A DNA stretch of 32,204 nucleotides from Fidelibacterota bacterium (GTDB lineage: Bacteria; Fidelibacterota; Marinisomatia; Marinisomatales; UBA2128), in NCBI GenBank assembly GCA_046861645.1, contig JBHHUM010000024.1, positions 1 to 32,204 on the forward strand, given 5' to 3'. The notes beneath the pieces were generated by a model that ran no database searches, had not been told where the DNA came from, and worked only from the letters and a program-made list of their open reading frames with translations. How positions within the stretch are numbered: the first letter of the stretch is position 1; each line of letters begins with the position of its first letter. A program made the translations under genes and the position numbers. Shown here one piece after another: positions 28,311-32,204 of this stretch.

Positions 28311-29435
28311 ATGAAATGGAAATATCAAAAGCCCCTAGGTTTTTTAATAGTCTCGTTGAGTTTATTCTATGGTTGTGAAGGACCTCAAGGACCAGCAGGC
28401 GAACCTGGAGCTAACGGTAGTGATGGTGTCGATGCTACTGCACTACCACCCGCTAACACTTTTTTCAGTTTAGCTGTAAATAATAATGCTGGAGATATGC
28501 AATTTGGATCATTTGTCAATTATTTGGCTTTCGATTCAATCGATGCTGAGATTTCAGTAAATTATCCTGATGCTCCTCAGGTAGTGTCCTATAAAACCCC
28601 TTTACCTCCAGAAATTGACGGTACTGAAGCCGAAGGTGAATGGATAGGAAGTGGAGCTACTATCTCCCTCGAACTGATCGAGGAATTTGAGAAATATGAT
28701 GGAATAGATCCACCAGGTGTAACCTCGGTAAATGTTAAGGCCATGTATGATGAGTTATATGTTTACTTTCAGCTTTCATGGAATGATGCTGATGAAAGTG
28801 ATGAATTAAGCAAACTTGAATATAATAGTGCGACTGGTTGGAGTAGTTCAGGGAATGAGGATCGATTTTACTTTCATTGGCCAATTACTGGCTTTCCCGA
28901 CACTGATTTTGCCGATGGGAATGGCTGTGATGCCTTCTGTCATTTCGACACTAATGCCGCTAATGGAAAAGGTTATATGTTTACAGAATTTCCAGATCAG
29001 TTAGTAGATACCTGGCAATGGAAAGCTTGTCGTTCCAATCCTAAAGGCTACGTTCATGATAAACACTTGATTTACCAGGATGAAGCTAATTTAGTTGACT
29101 TAACAACTAAATGGAGTGGACGTAAGGGAGATCAGGGGAATGATCCCTATATTGAAAATAAATTACAAAGTACTGGGTTTCCTAAATATATGCACATCAA
29201 TGATCCCAATGCTAACGCCGGTTATCCGTCATTCACATATGAAATGATACCCTTCGATACGTCTGCTTTATTTAATGATGGGGCGACGATTCCAGGGATT
29301 TTTCTGAGAGATCCGAACGGAAGCGGAGCTGATGTCCATGCAAAGGGTATATATTCCGATAACGGTTGGGTTGTTGAACTCAAACGTCTTCGAAATACTG
29401 GTCATGGTGATGATCATCAGTTTCTTCCAGAATAA
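28311..29435 (+). CDS. Lipoprotein with collagen-like linker and ethylbenzene-dehydrogenase gamma-like (EB_dh) heme domain carrying CX3CH
   Basis: AAGGAG RBS before ATG 28311; lipobox FYGC; six G-X-Y triplets (28380-28433). Domain motifs PPEIDG..EW, VKAMYD..VYFQLSWND, EDRFYFHWP, GCDAFCH, DTWQWKA and GWVVELKRLRNTG..DD.QF. Confidence 0.82.
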   Translation: MKWKYQKPLGFLIVSLSLFYGCEGPQGPAGEPGANGSDGVDATALPPANTFFSLAVNNNAGDMQFGSFVNYLAFDSIDAEISVNYPDAPQVVSYKTPLPPEIDGTEAEGEWIGSGATISLELIEEFEKYDGIDPPGVTSVNVKAMYDELYVYFQLSWNDADESDELSKLEYNSATGWSSSGNEDRFYFHWPITGFPDTDFADGNGCDAFCHFDTNAANGKGYMFTEFPDQLVDTWQWKACRSNPKGYVHDKHLIYQDEANLVDLTTKWSGRKGDQGNDPYIENKLQSTGFPKYMHINDPNANAGYPSFTYEMIPFDTSALFNDGATIPGIFLRDPNGSGADVHAKGIYSDNGWVVELKRLRNTGHGDDHQFLPE

Positions 29436-29493
29436 TCATTCTGTAAAATTAGTAGAATATGGAAATGCTAATTATGAATCCTAATAACGGGGA

Positions 29494-30444
29494 ATGGGGA
29501 AAACGCGAATAGCGGTTTTAAGCTATTTATACACGGTAGGGGCATTCTGTGTATTTGGGTTTTTATCTGCCCAGAATGTCCCTTATTCTAATTTCCTAAG
29601 TGGTGAAAATACTTATATTTCCTATTGTGCACCATGTCATGGAGTTAGGGGTGATGGCCACAGCCCGGCGGCAAGAGCAATGTCTCCATCTCCCCGAGAT
29701 TTTTCCTCAGGATTGTACAAATTCAGGTCGACCCTATCAGGATCTTTACCTACCGATGATGATTTAATATTGTCTATAAGTAACGGACTACCAGGCACTT
29801 GGATGCCTAGTTGGAAAGGTGTTCTTTCTGATGAGCAAATTGAAGACGTAACTGCTTATATAAAAACTCTCTTGAACAGTGAGCAGAAGTGGAAACAATC
29901 GGAGTCTCTACCCTCACTTTCATATAACCCTCCTTTGGCTTCATCAGAATTATTGAGGGATGGTAGAGGATTTTATCTGTTACTTGAATGCTGGACTTGT
30001 CATGGTTTGGATGGAAAAGGAAATGGACCCTCAGCAATGGCTTTGAAAGATAGTAAAAACAAGCCAATTAAACCTACAAACTTAACGGAGAAAAAATATC
30101 GTGCAGGTACTTCAGTTACAAATATTCGAAAAACGATTCTGACTGGTCTTACAGGTACACCGATGCCAAGCTACAAGGATCTTTTCCTTTTGGCTAAGGA
30201 GGATATTAATGAAATAGAGTTTTCGAAAGATTTACCACACTCCAGTAGAGAGATTTTTCACAGTTTTGTTTCACAACTTCCTTCAAATACTGAATTGAAC
30301 AGTCTGACTGAAGAAATGATTACAGAACTTTCAATCAGGAATGAGTGGGCATTAGCATATTATGTACGTTCTCTAATAAAGAAAGAAAGTTGGTACGATT
30401 GGTTGTTTAGATCTAATCCAGAGGATGTACAACTTTCTGAATAG
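29494..30444 (+). CDS. Periplasmic diheme c-type cytochrome
   Basis: Signal peptide; CAPCHG (29626) with PRDFSSGLYKFRST..GSLPTDDDL..GLPGTWMP; CWTCHG (29989) with P-x-NLT..GLTGTPMPSY. Two His/Met class I domains. Confidence 0.92.
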   Translation: MGKTRIAVLSYLYTVGAFCVFGFLSAQNVPYSNFLSGENTYISYCAPCHGVRGDGHSPAARAMSPSPRDFSSGLYKFRSTLSGSLPTDDDLILSISNGLPGTWMPSWKGVLSDEQIEDVTAYIKTLLNSEQKWKQSESLPSLSYNPPLASSELLRDGRGFYLLLECWTCHGLDGKGNGPSAMALKDSKNKPIKPTNLTEKKYRAGTSVTNIRKTILTGLTGTPMPSYKDLFLLAKEDINEIEFSKDLPHSSREIFHSFVSQLPSNTELNSLTEEMITELSIRNEWALAYYVRSLIKKESWYDWLFRSNPEDVQLSE

Positions 30445-30913
30445 TAAGATTAATCTTTTTCTCTTTACAACATGTTTAATATTCTTGATTACATGTGTAG
30501 GTGATGGTGTAGGTCTGGATGAGTTTGGAAATCCTATCGCTCCTGAAGATTCGACAGATTCTACGGGTAATGGTGATAATGGTTCAACAGGTCTGAGAGC
30601 AACGCTTAGTAGCATTCAGACGAATATATTTGATCAAATCTGTGCTGTCAAGTGTCATAAATCACCCCGGCCTAAAAAGAATCTTAATTTGGAGACGGGA
30701 AAAGCTTATGATAATCTTGTAGATATTCCGAGTAAAGAGATACCGGCAATGATGCGTGTTCTGCCAGAAGATTCAGAAAATAGCTATATCATCTGGAAAT
30801 TAGAGGGGCGTGATGGTATAAATGGGAAGCAAATGCCTCTGAATCAGACACCCTTAGAAGATAATCAGATTCAGGTTATCCGAGATTGGATCGATGCAGG
30901 AGCATTGCCATGA
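30425..30913 (+). CDS. Monoheme cytochrome c lipoprotein (planctomycete cytochrome c-like), atypical CX3CH
   Basis: Lipobox LITC; acidic Gly/Ser/Thr linker; IQTNIFDQICAVKCH; RVLPEDSENSYIIWKL; QMP..L..QI..IRDWIDAGA. Confidence 0.8.
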   Translation: MYNFLNSKINLFLFTTCLIFLITCVGDGVGLDEFGNPIAPEDSTDSTGNGDNGSTGLRATLSSIQTNIFDQICAVKCHKSPRPKKNLNLETGKAYDNLVDIPSKEIPAMMRVLPEDSENSYIIWKLEGRDGINGKQMPLNQTPLEDNQIQVIRDWIDAGALP

Positions 30914-31971
30914 AATGGAGAATAATGAAAATTATCTTCGTCTTTTTCATCCTATTACACATCCGATCAATTTATGCTGAACCGTACATTGCCATTCGTA
31001 CCGGATTTAAATGCAGTCAATGTCATGTAAATTTAACTGGAGGCGGGAAACGAACTGACTTAGGGAACATTTTCACTTTAAAATTTCTTCCCTTTCATTT
31101 CATAAAAACATCCCAACCTGTGATATTTTCTCCACAGCTTTCCCGTACTGTCTCTGTTGGTGCTAATCTGCGTATTTATAACTCAATTACCTATGGATAT
31201 ATCGATACGTCTGGAATACTGACTCCAGATGATTATTTATTAGACATAACCGAGGGTAATATTTACATGGAAGTCAGATTGATACCGGAAGTATTGACGC
31301 TATACTTTGATCAGATGGTAAGTCCTAACCCCGGTAATAGAGAAGCCTTTGGTATTTTACAAGGTCTACCATTTAATGGATACATTAAAACCGGTAAAAT
31401 TCTCCTTCCTTATGGACTGAGGCTATGGGATGATAATGTCTTTATCAGGGAAGCAACAGGTTTCAACTACTCATCACCAGAATTAGCTGGAGAAATGGGA
31501 TTTGAACCTGGAAATTTCTCGATAAGTTCTGCTATTACAAGCGATCAGTTTTCTGGTCTAGCTTATTGGATTCGAAAACATGGAAGAGTTGGATTCTCTT
31601 GGCAAAAAGCGACTGATGGGTCGAAACTTTTTATGTTAGGTTCTTTTGTGGGTTTCCATGCAGGTCGATTTACTTTTCTGAGTGAATTGGATCGTATTCA
31701 ATTTTCTAACATAAAACAGCAGGTCTATTTTGCGGAGTTGGATTTTTTATTGGTTCGTGGTAGTAATTTCAAGTTATCATACAATCTACTCGATAGAAAC
31801 CTTAATGTACCTATAGATCGAGATGGACAGGAAAGAATTACCCTGGGATGGGAAGTCTTTCCGATTCAATTTTTTCAATTTTCAATATATTATCATTTTA
31901 ATCGCTTTATTCCACAAAATATCTCTTTAAATCGAGATATGTTGGAGATAGAATTACATTTTTTCTTTTGA
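30910..31971 (+). CDS. Cyc2-like monoheme cytochrome c / outer-membrane beta-barrel fusion
   Basis: Signal peptide ending IYA|EPYIAIRTGFKCSQCH (heme motif 31012-31026), then GGGKRTDLGNIF. Followed by amphipathic strands (YIKTGKILLPYGLR) and the C-terminal beta signal LEIELHFFF. Start is ATG 30910 (overlapping the upstream stop) or 30925 (GGAG RBS). Confidence 0.8.
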   Translation: MKWRIMKIIFVFFILLHIRSIYAEPYIAIRTGFKCSQCHVNLTGGGKRTDLGNIFTLKFLPFHFIKTSQPVIFSPQLSRTVSVGANLRIYNSITYGYIDTSGILTPDDYLLDITEGNIYMEVRLIPEVLTLYFDQMVSPNPGNREAFGILQGLPFNGYIKTGKILLPYGLRLWDDNVFIREATGFNYSSPELAGEMGFEPGNFSISSAITSDQFSGLAYWIRKHGRVGFSWQKATDGSKLFMLGSFVGFHAGRFTFLSELDRIQFSNIKQQVYFAELDFLLVRGSNFKLSYNLLDRNLNVPIDRDGQERITLGWEVFPIQFFQFSIYYHFNRFIPQNISLNRDMLEIELHFFF

Positions 31972-32204
31972 AAAGAATATGAATTGAGTTATTTAAAAAG
32001 TCCATTTATTATGATATAAATATTGGTTAAATCCTAAATGAAGATAGAGTGTATTGATCTTAACTGAAATATTTTCATTTAATTTTCCAGAGTCTTTCAA
32101 AAAGTTAAACTTAAAGATAGTTCATATTCCTCAGGATAGAATGTTAAATGGATGTATATCAAAAGTTGTGGTGATTTTGTTATCGTATGGAACACAAGAC
32201 AAGT

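Noticed and set aside
30886..30909. Longer start for the cytochrome-porin (MDRCRSIA...)
   Set aside because: Overlaps the upstream gene by 28 nt without an RBS; ATG 30910 or 30925 gives a normal signal peptide.
1..32204. CRISPR array, tRNA/rRNA, riboswitch, transposase/integrase or anti-phage genes
   Set aside because: No spaced repeats, RNA gene signatures or relevant protein motifs were recognised by eye. The other short ORFs nested in or antisense to the annotated genes were treated as shadows. An Rfam scan of 2615-3200 and 21701-22116 would be needed to exclude ncRNAs.

Overview
AT-rich bacterial DNA, most likely FCB group but not Bacteroidota (Marinimicrobia/Calditrichota/KSB1-like). 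This is inferred from three proteins ending in a QNYPNPFN T9SS-type sorting domain together with regular AGGAG Shine-Dalgarno sites. Positions 1-5.6 kb are housekeeping: partial TIGR00725/LOG-family gene, acylphosphatase, glutamine-dependent NadE and ComEC. Positions 5.8-14.8 kb hold a nitroreductase remnant and a run of secreted hydrolases and lipoproteins: a shortened penicillin-acylase-family protein, a choice-of-anchor-B/LVIVD protein, a BNR protein, an S9 peptidase and a USP. On the minus strand, 15-21.7 kb encodes a kinase-less propeller-PAS-LuxR regulator upstream of a large secreted lectin/adhesin-like protein. The most interesting part is 22.1-32 kb, a co-oriented redox locus. Its sensing half is a porin, a cytochrome c'-type heme/type-1-copper cupredoxin fusion, a HAMP-PAS-PAS kinase and a NarL-type regulator. 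Its effector half is a stand-alone receiver, an apparently circularly permuted EB_dh heme lipoprotein, a diheme cytochrome c, a CX3CH lipoprotein cytochrome and a Cyc2-like monoheme cytochrome-porin fusion. Together these form a candidate regulated outer-membrane electron conduit. No rRNA, tRNA, CRISPR array or intact mobile element was recognised. All family calls come from motif recognition by eye; no searches were run.
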